The notes under the pieces: generated by a model | The model's input: the letters and a program-made list of their open reading frames with translations, nothing else | Database searches by the model: none | What the model was told of the DNA's origin: nothing | Position numbers and translations under genes: made by a program | Part shown: piece by piece, positions 1 through 8,968 of the stretch | Position numbering within the stretch: position 1 is the stretch's first letter | How the letters are laid out: each line of letters starts with the position of its first letter | Source: Octopus sinensis | Taxonomy: Eukaryota | DNA: 13,691 nucleotides | Reading direction: 5' to 3' | NCBI RefSeq assembly: GCF_006345805.1 | Contig: NW_021826018.1 | Span: forward strand, 1 to 13,691

Positions 1-301
1 GAATGTCAGAAGGCCGGTTTATGATAAAAGAAATTTAAGTTGAGATCACAAAATACAGCCGGTATTCGGAATAGTGGAGATCCGTGACATCTAAGAGGAA
101 ATAGAGTGATGACCTATGTGGTGAATTAAGACAAGAAGTTTTTCCGGTTTATGAGAATTTCGTTTATATCGAGAAGTCGGTTAGAAGAGTTGACTGTATT
201 AAATTTTTTTCACAAATTAAATATTCTTTTATTTCCATCTTGATCTTTATTTTAACTCTATTATTTAAAAATTAATCTTCAACAGTAAAGATTCGTTAAA
301 T

Positions 302-984
302 GATAAAGATTCTAATTTTCGCTCATTGTCCTTGATTTGTATCAAAATCTTTTTTCAGCAAATCATTATTTCCAATTGCAATTTCTTTCAATGTTTTTGA
401 AAAATTCCTTTCCATTCTTTCAAGATATTTGTCGTTTATAATAGTTTGATTTTCATACTCTTCATAATTCATCATCATTAAAATAAGAAATGTTGTATCC
501 TCTTGTTCGGAAAAAAAGCCATAAATAGTGACATATTTATAGATAACAATGAATTGAAATATTGTACTGATATACAATTTTTTATAAATCATCCACCATT
601 TTTTCTGTTTGTCTGTGAGTTCTTTTTGAATCCATCTGCAAATGGTTTGATTCAATGCTCCACTGTACCTGTGATTCTGAATGTCTTTATTTTAAATTCT
701 TCACATAATGACGTTATTTCTGATTAACAAATTCTGTTCTGTTGTCAGACCGCAGAATTTTTTGTGGAGAATAGGAAAGAAATATAGTTTTCAATGATTC
801 CGAAACTGTAACTGTTTCTTTATTTTCTACTTTTCGATCAAAGCAAAATTTTGAATAAATATCTATGATATTTATAAGATATTTATAGGAATCATTTATA
901 TCTGAAAAACGAAGATCGACTAAATCAACTTGATAGCTAAAAATAAACTATTGAATGACCGTCTCGAGGTTCTTTGGCTATATG
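302..984 (-). pseudogene. rve/DDE integrase (KRAB-A domain-containing protein 2-like, Ginger/TDD-type transposase), frameshifted, with a candidate 23-nt intron
   Basis: Manual minus-strand translation across frameshifts: HIAKEPR..YQVDLVDLRFSDINDSYKYLINIIDIYSKFCF...SLKTIFLSYSPQKILRSDNRTEFVNQ..ITSLCEEFKIK...GTVE..NQTICRWIQKEL...W..DL.KIVYQYNISIH...YLERM...LLKKDFDTNQ. The catalytic D (QVDLVD), D (SDNRTEF) and E (GTVE) motifs are in order. Confidence 0.85.
937..959 (-). other. candidate 23-nt spliceosomal intron in the integrase
   Basis: Minus strand gtcattcaatagtttatttttag is GT...AG and AT-rich, and separates EPR(E/D)R from YQVDLVD. One extra 1-nt indel nearby is still needed to restore the frame. 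Confidence 0.6.
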
Positions 985-1017
985 GTGACTAGTGAATATT
1001 TTGTCTTTAAGGACTAC

Positions 1018-1272
1018 ATGTTTCAATCTTTTTGACCTTTTTATTCATACTGTCTGCAGAGATGTAAGTGAATACATCTCGCTACTTCATTATGCCGTCG
1101 TAAGTAATCGCTGTTTAGCATTCGCCCACACCACACCTGGTAGCTAGATGGTCAACAGTTTTTTTCGCAGAGTTGCAATGTTTGCAATTCGTTTCTCCTG
1201 CTCCAAAGAGGAAATTGCGGTCTTGTAGTAACAGAAAGATGCTTCTGATCTCGGAGAGATGTTTCCAATGTT
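1018..1272 (-). mobile_element. non-LTR retrotransposon fragment (post-RT CCHC zinc knuckle leading to the restriction-like endonuclease; R2/R4/NeSL-type clade)
   Basis: Reconstructed GNISPRSEASFCY(L)QDRNFLFGAGETNCKHCNSAKKTVDHLATRC.RMLNSDYLRRHNEVARCIHLHLCRQY..KRSKRLKH, containing the C-x2-C...H...C knuckle and the RHNEV motif. Confidence 0.85.
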
Positions 1273-2426
1273 ATTATTTCTGTTTTCTATAAATTTCTAC
1301 AAATTCATTGGTGGTAACAGATTGGACTGAACATTCAAAATATAAGAAATAAAATAAGCCGGTTCTTCAGCCTGGGCGAATTTTTGAAAAAATTTTTAAA
1401 CGTATGTTTTTGCAGAATGTTCTTATTTCGCTGTCATTATAATATTTTCAGGTTTATATTTTTCCAATTTTGTGCAAATCACTGAAATAAAACAATTGAT
1501 TTCATCTTCAAGGTTTACGTCAATCATATAAGACTATCCGTGAAAAGTTCTTAAATTTATATTGCTCGGATTCTTATCGGGGCAGCGGTTCAATTGTAAC
1601 TTTTAGAAGACGATAGAACACACATGTGATGCTGATTTGACATTATATAGACCATACAACTTGTTCTTCACAAAAATAATTGCAATTTATTCAACTTCTG
1701 ACTATTCTTCTGCTTTAACATCAGCAATTAAAAATATCGAATATTTTACTCAATGATTTTCATTTTTTAAGTCTTTTTCTAAACGCCGACTTTTGTTAAG
1801 TTTATAGAGAAATATATCCAACAACGACATATACGCACAAATAAGGATTAAAAACAACAACTTTTATCAGATTTTACATCTATATATCTTGTTCGTTACA
1901 ACATACAAATACTTCCATTTGTAAATTCGAGAAAAGTTACAGATACTTTAATAACCAAGTAAATTTTTTCACAATTCTCCTTTAGATTTGTGGCCTCAGA
2001 TTGTGAGAATTCCTTCCTGGTATGTCGGTGTTATCCACAGCCAGGCCTGTCTGTACTTTAATAATCATGTATAAAATTGTCAGTTGTAGGCTCTATCGAC
2101 GGCTTATCCAAAAATTACAAGAAGGGATGGACAAAAAACATTCGTTTTCACTCGTTGAAGGTATTGCTATCGATGTGCACTGTGAGTGATATTTCCGATA
2201 ATTTTTTGCTCTTATTTGACGTGGCAGATAATGACTAGACATAATATTGACAGCTTTATTAATCTTCTTGCCTTGAAGGTTGCTAATTCCCCAGAACAAG
2301 CCTGAGTGGACTTGGACTGTTGGTTAAAATTATTCCTTCGAAGTATACTTGTCCTTTCAGTAATATTTAGACTTGTTGTGGATGAACACGGTCTTTCTGA
2401 CTCGTTCATAAGTTCAAGAGTTATTC

Positions 2427-2508
2427 CAAATTTATGGTTTAGTACACATTTAATGTTAGATTATTAGTATTTCAAATTTATGGTTTAGTACACATTTAAT
2501 GTTAGATT
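2427..2508. repeat. tandem duplication, 36-bp identical core, 46-bp period
   Basis: caaatttatggtttagtacacatttaatgttagatt occurs at 2427-2462 and 2473-2508. Confidence 0.95.
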
Positions 2509-4463
2509 TTTCGTTTTTTATACATTTATCACGGAGTGATGTGTAATGCACTAACTGACAGTTCATCCGTGATTTTCATACCAACAAGGACTGTTTTAAC
2601 TCAGATTTTGGAAACTATTAGTTGGTGGAGAATGTTTTGTAGGGGGAATGATGACATTTTTGGTTGTCTATGTTAAGGTGAAGAATGTATAGTTCATCTA
2701 GGGGTTAAAAGACTTGGGGAGTATTAAAACATTAATATTTTCTGTTTTGTGTCGGAATATTACTGGGCGTTTTAGGTTGGATGCCTTTAATTTGGGTCTA
2801 GATATCGTATATAACAACAAAGCATTCAATGCACGTGACATACTATTTGTATATTGTTATCTTTATTACTTAGGATGATTAAATAAGGTATTTTCTTAAT
2901 AAAGCTTTTTGAACTATTTTTGTGAGATATTATTCATATTAATGGTATTAATAATGGATAATTTACTATTTTTAATACATTGGTTAATTTGCCAAGTTTT
3001 AAGTTAAATTCAATAATAGAATGATCATGAAAAATATTACATTTTAATAAATTTTAAGGGAAGAATGGATATGAAGAGCCGATTATATGGTTTTTATCTC
3101 TTATTCAGAAAGAATAGAAAACAAAAAATGGTTTTGGAAAATATATTAAAATCCGGCTAGACAAGCTCCATTAAAATTATGGAATCGTGAATAACAGTTG
3201 TGGATGAAAAAACGATGAACATAGGATAATAAAAATATTTTTACAGAATAAAATTTTAAATTAATTAAAAGTTAGGATGTACAGAGGGGAAATAAATAGT
3301 TAATATTTTTGAGAAATTTCTGTTGGATTCTAACACTTTAAACAAAATTAAAGACTGTCTGTAATTTTAATAATTTATGTTAAAGAAAATATTTGTTCTA
3401 AAATTATGTTTTAATCAACAAAATTAATCATAATTTTAGGATTTGTCACGATGAAAGTTTTATAGAAAAAAAATTCTAGAAGTCGCTTTGATGATCACTT
3501 GAAGACTTCATTCGGAAATGCTTCCCAGCCCCGCTATCACTCTGTTAGGAATATTGAGGTTATCATGACATTTTACCGGCGATGAAATTCTTTTTTCTAA
3601 GAAATATATTGAGAGTGAATAAAGAAATATTTGAAAAGTCCTTGAATCAACGTCAACTCACATACCATCATTGACCCTTTATATATTTCCATTATCCTCA
3701 TATGTACTTTTGAGCCCGTGGGTAGTTTTAACTGAGACTAAAGCTTGTCACCAATTTAGTCCAATAGTAGTTAAATTTGATCCTCGTGTTTCAGGTGCCC
3801 GCATTAGAACCCGTCGAAATAGACATAAATCATGAGCGGTGAAATTTTATAATTACTTAGCAGCTTATGCGCTCAATGAACGGTGCATTCATATTTTTTC
3901 AAATCCTATAAAATCATTAAAATCACACTTGACATTAAAAAGGTTTTTTTTTCTATTAAAATTATAGATATTACGATAACTTTAAACAATGATAGCAAAC
4001 GTGGATCGACAGGGCTTCCTTTCTTGAGAAAGAAATTGCATATTACCAATGCTTAAAAATAATACAAATTATCATTAATCCGTCGGGGAGTGGTTATCGG
4101 TAAAAAATAACTTCTTGAAAACCACAAGGGCAGATCACATAGAGTTACGGACTCTCCACACATTCTTCCGTCACTTTTTATGTGAAAAAAGATTGTTATT
4201 AACATATCGTAGCAGAATCTAGTGAAATTAATTCAGAGCTTAATGTTTTTCGTCAAAATAATAAACCAAATTTAATCCTTCTTTGAATCTTCGTTATTTT
4301 AAATAGATTTCTTGTTAATAAATAAATTGAAAATTTATTTAAATTATCATCATGTAAATTTGAAAAAGTAAAACGTTTCGTAGTGAAATTGGCTTACGGA
4401 GACAACTTGAGAAAGTTTTGAAAAACTCTCAAAGTATCCTCTGCGCCCACAATCCGATGATCC

Positions 4464-4508
4464 TGAAGGAAATCTGTATTTGATCACTATAATGAAGGAA
4501 ATCTGTAT
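4464..4508. repeat. 16-bp direct repeat, 29-bp period
   Basis: tgaaggaaatctgtat occurs at 4464-4479 and 4493-4508. Confidence 0.85.
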
Positions 4509-5419
4509 ACACTGAAAGAGTGACTTCGGTGCTTTGTTTTTATCTTTCGTTAACGATTCTCCTTTTCGTTAGATTTTGGTTTTTTTTGGACAATAAAAAC
4601 AATTCTATTCCAAGGATTTTTAAAAATCAAGTTAAATAATTAATTATCGAATTATACTTATATATTTTCTAAAATATTAATTTTTTGAAATGAATAAAAA
4701 TATTGAATTATTATCAATAGCGTGTTCTGCACGCTTTCCTGTTGTTGTGTTGTTTTGTTTTTGTACGTTGATTATTACTTTTTATTCAAAATTTTTACAG
4801 TATAATTTATCTATTTGCATTTATTGCTGATTAAATATTGTTACATGTAGAATACCTTGAAAAAAGTTATTTTACAAGTCATTTGTGGCTATTGCCTCAT
4901 AGTTTAATCTCAATTGAATGCATCTTTTTAATGATTTTTTTCTATTGTATATATTCATTTTTATTGATATTTCATGATTTATCATTTTATTGTATTTTTC
5001 TTTGATCAAATTTGATTAAACTCTGTAAAATATTACTTTTTAATCTCTTTATTATTCACAATTCTTAAATCTTGTAATATTATTATTTAATTGAATCATT
5101 ATTGTTATATTTTTTTTCTAGATTTTTTTTAAACTGAACACGAATTTAATTATTGTTATATTATTTTTATAAATTATTATGTCACAGGCTTAGTGTGTAC
5201 CGAGCCTAGGTGGTTATACTTTCGGACTTGGAAAAAAATCAAAAAAAATATTTGAATTCTATTTCAAAATCTATTTTGTCAAGATAAATGTTATAAAATG
5301 ACAAGAACAGAACAGAATTTTTTATTGTAAAGAACAAGAGACTGGTACAGAAATATTTTTTGACGTCTATACAACAAGATGGTTGCTCGAGGGAGTCGAA
5401 CTGATTAGCCTCCAGATCA

Positions 5420-6164
5420 CACGAGGTTAGATGTGAAGCAGAGAATGTATCCCAGCAGGTTGCACCCCATACGAGGACATTTCGCTCTCAAATGGGAAAA
5501 GGGTGATCCCGTCAACTTTAAAAATTTCGGAATGATACTTTTTGGATTACTCAACAAATTTCGGAATGATACTTTTTATTATATATAATTTTTTCCCTTC
5601 AGAACTTGCAGCCAGATAGCTCAAGTCACGGTAAATGGACGTCGTCTTGGAAAACCTCTGACTACACAAGAAAGACTTCAATTGAACTGCGTTCAATGAA
5701 GGCATTAATTGGTAATCTGCGAGGGGAATCCAAGCGATGCCATATAGACCGTTAGCGGCAGTGGATAGACCGGTTCTAACATTAAAACGTAAAACTCGGG
5801 GTCTCCAATAGTCATAAAGTGACCTTGGGAAGAAACCCATGCATCATGGCATTGGGAGAAAACCACCGGAATGTCGTCTATGATTGAACCTGATTTCCAG
5901 ATTTGGTGGCACATCGGTTGCGAGATAAAGACGCGTTGTTGTCTCAAAGTCCTATCAGGTGTCCCTTCAGCCCTCTTCAATTGAAGACTTAAAGCGTTAC
6001 TCTCTGAGTGAGAGCACGCATGGCTGAAGGTTGACCAGACTTTTGAGGAGCAGAACGTTGTTTAGGAGGGGTACGCTTAGGTTTGCATTGGCGTTGAGCC
6101 TTAGACTTTTGGTTTTCGAAACACGCTGAGAACTGGAAGATTTGTTTGAAGAAGGAGGAGGCAT
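5420..6164 (-). pseudogene. endogenous viral element: single jelly-roll (T=3-type) capsid gene with basic N-terminal arm, frameshifted
   Basis: ATG at 6164. Joining ORFs 5997-6257, 5989-6183, 5705-5980 and 5547-5840 gives MPPPSSNKSSSSQRVSKTK.SKAQRQCKPKRTPPKQRSAPQKSGQPSAMRALTQRV.ALSLQLKRAEGTPDRTLRQQRVF...SGSIIDDIPVVFSP...SLYDYWRPRVLRFNVRTGLSTAANGLYGIAWIP.... This is a K/R/P/S/Q-rich arm followed by the SP...Y..WR...L.F...S.A.NG...I...P pattern of the S-domain strands. GC is clearly higher than in the flanks. Confidence 0.72.
5522..5577. repeat. 22-bp direct duplication inside the capsid remnant
   Basis: aaatttcggaatgatacttttt occurs at 5522-5543 and 5556-5577. Confidence 0.95.
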
Positions 6165-6186
6165 ATTGAGCCATCCCACCCATACC

Positions 6187-6666
6187 CTAACAATGTTCAT
6201 TTGACATATCAACGTTGTCAATTGGTTGTAGAAAAGTGTCCAATGCTTGTTTAACAACAGTTAAATAATGTTGGCGAGTTGGTCCTTTCATGGAGTCAAA
6301 TGATACATTACAAGGCTTATCTAAATCAGCCTGATGCGGAGATAAAGGCAACTTCTTAAACTTAGCGAAGAAGCTAGTCTCGCCAATACTTCGGCTGAAG
6401 ATAAGTTTGTTGTCACTCAAGACAATTAAGTTTGGAAAGGTGTTCTTTAATTGTTCGAAAAACGTAATCGTTGTCTGAAGATAAAAAGACTACGTCAAGT
6501 GCCTTTCACTAAAGAACTAAGCGGGGGTTGAACGGAATCGCTAACTTTCAACAAAGACATGAATTTTGGATAAAACATTCTATAACCTCGGAACAGCAGG
6601 AGAGTCAACACGTTCACACTGGTCTAACTTAGTGATCACCGAAATATCTTTAATATCCACCTAGAA
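6187..6666 (-). pseudogene. 3' part of an unidentified ORF directly upstream of the capsid gene (putative viral non-structural ORF)
   Basis: Open frame QTTITFFEQLKNTFPNLIVLSDNKLIFSRSIG...DNVDMSNEHC* ends at 6187, 22 nt before the capsid ATG. Composition matches the capsid region. No RdRp GDD or other motif was recognised. Confidence 0.45.
6659..6666. repeat. left 8-bp target-site duplication (acctagaa)
   Basis: Identical to 8835-8842, with the central TA (nnnTAnnn) typical of Buster elements. Confidence 0.97.
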
Positions 6667-6769
6667 CAGTGGTTCTCAAACTTTTTTCCTTGCGTACCCC
6701 TGCCATCTAAATAATTTTTCGCGTACCCCTTATCGATTTTTAAAAAATTAAGGAAAAAAAATATTTAAA

Positions 6770-8640
6770 TTAATGAGATGGATGGTGTTGTTTATCAATC
6801 ACTAATCTATCGATTTCTGGATCCTTTGACGAAAGACACACCCGAATATCATGAACAACATTCAGCCTCGCACGATGAACTGATTTTAAATTAAACAACG
6901 ATGAAAATCCTTGTTCGCAGAGATATGTAGTCGGAAAACAAAAGCAAAAAATCGATTATATAAAATCCAATATTGTGATATTTTGATGTCATTTTACACC
7001 AAAAATTCAATTAATGGTGCAGATTCAAATAAGATTTTTGACTCGTAAGAATTTATTAATTCAATAACTTCTTCTTGAATATTTGAAGGCAAAAAACTTA
7101 ACTTTTACGGAAAAAGGATTGACAAAAAACTTAAGATCTACTTCATTAATTTCAGGTATATATTTTTCAATTTCATTCTTCAATCCAAGTAAATGGGAAG
7201 TTATTTGATGTTTTAAATTTTCTATTTCATTTAATTTTAGATGGAAAATGTTTTCATTCAACTTATCAAACATAGTAAAATTAGAATTTGTTGTATTATC
7301 TATCCACAGTTGGAGCTTCATACGAAAAGACCTACAATATTGCATTATTTCGTAAAAAAACCTTGTTTTTTCTAAAAAGTCAACAATGGTAACTCCCTTA
7401 GTTTGTACCGATAAATTCAAAGCATTAATTCGCGAAAAAATGTCCGTTAAATAAGATAGCATTACACCCCAATACATATTTGATAACTTTGATAAATATA
7501 AATTTTTATTTTCGCGAAGAAAATATTCATAAATTTTTCATTCTTCAAACTGTGCACTCTGGAAAGAACATTTCCTTTGGATAACCATCGAACTTCTGTG
7601 TGATATAGTAAAACCTTCTCATCTGAACCAAATTCTTCACAAATTGAATAAAAAATTCGCGAATTTAAAGGACTTTTTTTGATATGATTGACAATTTTAA
7701 TAACATCGTCAAGAACATTTTTAAGTTCAAGAGGCATTGTCTTCACAGCAAGAACATAACGATGCAACATACAGTGAAGATGTTTTACATTTGGATTGAC
7801 AGATTGTACTCTACCTCGGAAACCAGAGTTACATCCAAGCATAGCTGGTGCTCCATCTGTGGTGCATGCACTAAGATTTTGCCACAATAGGCCTATCATA
7901 AGTAAAAAATCAAAAATGTACCTTCTGTTTCAAAAAAACAATTAACTGCATCGAAAATATCAGAACCTTTTGTGTTTAAAGGTAAGGAATAGTTGAACAA
8001 AAATTCTTCCTTAATATTTTCCATATAAATATATCGCACATAAACGAGTAACTGAGAGCAATTTGCTACATCTGTTGATTCATCCAATTGAATTGAAAAT
8101 TTTTTAAAGGCAGCACTTTTTATTTCAGTAATGACCTAATAATAATTAACCAGAAAATAACTTGTTCTTTTATGTTTTCGGATAGATCTCGTATTCTTCT
8201 ATTGACGGTATCATTTGAACATGGAATTTTTCGAACAATATGCTCCAATTTATTGCCAGGGAAACATTCAAACATGTCCTTAATGCACGGTATAATAAGA
8301 TTCTCGGCAATTGTATGTGGTTTTTTGGCTTTTGCGATCCGATATGAAATCATGTAAGAGAGTTTTGATAGTAAAAAATTAATGTCAAAATTGAAAGAAT
8401 CGTCTATTTTCCGAATATTATCTTTTTTGTTCTTAAAAAAGTCATTTGGTTTTCCGATAGTTTCGAAATGATTAGAAACTTGATGCCGAGAAAGTAATGA
8501 AGGTTTCATGGATTCAGGGCAAAGAATCTTTTGGCAAATAATACACTGCGGATGTGGCACACCGTTTTAATCACAAAATAAAATCCATAGTTGAGATAAC
8601 TATCGTTGTATTTTCGAATCTTGTTAACAGGTAAACTCAT
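6770..8640 (-). CDS. Buster/ZBED5-ZBED8-like hAT transposase, about 594 aa after removing 3 tiny introns and correcting 5 homopolymer indels
   Basis: ATG at 8640 (MSLPVNKIRKYNDSYLNYGF), BED-like finger PQCIIC...RHQVSNH, catalytic D in QLDESTD, D in TTDGAPAM, HCMLHR, VRWLS, E in FPTTYLCEQGFS, ending KQHHPSH-TAA at 6770. No in-frame stop codons in the reconstructed frame. Confidence 0.92.
7332..7361 (-). other. transposase intron 3 (30 nt, phase 2, in-frame)
   Basis: AAG|gtttttttacgaaataatgcaatattgtag|GTC. Removal gives FLEKTRSFRMKLQLW, matching the K..AF..KL.LW helix of hAT transposases. Being 3n and stop-free, it is not required for the frame. Confidence 0.65.
7893..7921 (-). other. transposase intron 2 (29 nt, phase 1)
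   Basis: GAAG|gtacatttttgattttttacttatgatag|GC. Splicing joins FFETE-G-LLWQNLSACTTDG and restores the frame between ORFs 7896-8087 and 7462-7899. Confidence 0.88.
8136..8161 (-). other. transposase intron 1 (26 nt, phase 0)
   Basis: CAA|gttattttctggttaattattattag|GTC. Splicing gives NIKEQ-VITEIKSAAFKKFSIQLDESTD and removes the premature stop. Confidence 0.88.
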
Positions 8641-8768
8641 AAGAAAAACTAGTAGCGTGGAGATTTATTTTATTATTAATTATTTAATTTAATTATGATT
8701 TTTATTATAATTAGAATTAATAACTTTTTTATGTTGAAACGAAAATTAAATAGATTTTCAAAAAATTT

Positions 8769-8818
8769 TCGCGTACCCCCTACAGAATTTCGCGTACCCC
8801 TAGGGGTACGCGTACCCC
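8769..8818. repeat. subterminal transposase-binding repeats, including a perfect 22-bp palindrome
   Basis: cgcgtacccc occurs several times. cgcgtacccctaggggtacgcg (8791-8812) is its own reverse complement. The same motif occurs at 6692-6700 and 6720-6729 at the other end. Confidence 0.9.
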
Positions 8819-8834
8819 AGTTTGAGAACCACTG

Positions 8835-8842
8835 ACCTAGAA
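8835..8842. repeat. right 8-bp target-site duplication (acctagaa)
   Basis: Identical to 6659-6666. Confidence 0.97.
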
Positions 8843-8960
8843 GATAAAGTCAAACGCGCATAGCGTTTTGAAAGATCAGTGAATGTTCAAAAGAATCCTT
8901 TTCAAGATTGAGGGTTTTTTCTGAAAATAGACAAGTCTTTTTGAATGGACACAAATGGAA
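8843..8960 (-). pseudogene. continuation of the sequence interrupted by the Buster element (upstream part of the putative viral ORF)
   Basis: The TSD shows this was contiguous with 6658. It reads ...SFKTLCAFDFIF*VDIKDISVITKLDQCERVDSP across the rejoined junction, with stops. Confidence 0.4.
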
Positions 8961-8968
8961 CGCTATAT

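Larger units (their letters stand above)
6667..8834 (-). mobile_element. complete hAT transposon, Buster family (2168 bp)
   Basis: Perfect 16-bp TIRs cagtggttctcaaact (6667-6682) and agtttgagaaccactg (8819-8834), 8-bp TSD, subterminal gcgtacccc motifs at both ends, and an internal transposase gene. Confidence 0.97.

Noticed and set aside
503-727. Plus-strand ORF, and likewise 7684-7890, 8172-8357, 8955-9221, 11723-11920 and 12897-13091
   Set aside because: Antisense shadows of minus-strand coding remnants.
1280-2000. Possible decayed host gene (hydrophobic frames on both strands)
   Set aside because: Frequent stops and no recognisable motif or consistent exon chain.
5186-5212. aggct...agcct stem followed by agg as another Helitron end or terminator
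   Set aside because: The stem is only 5-6 bp, spacing to a CTRR end is wrong, and there is no supporting element sequence.
2510-5330. Scattered coding-like patches (about 3450-3600, 3990-4230, 4380-4480), a GT-skewed mitochondrial-looking stretch, and possible RNA genes
   Set aside because: No identifiable protein motif, cloverleaf or rRNA signature by eye; left unannotated.
5575-5599. AT-rich segment of about 25 nt ending in AG on the minus strand in the capsid, as a micro-intron
   Set aside because: It starts GG, not GT/GC, and overlaps a duplication; treated as a repair insert.
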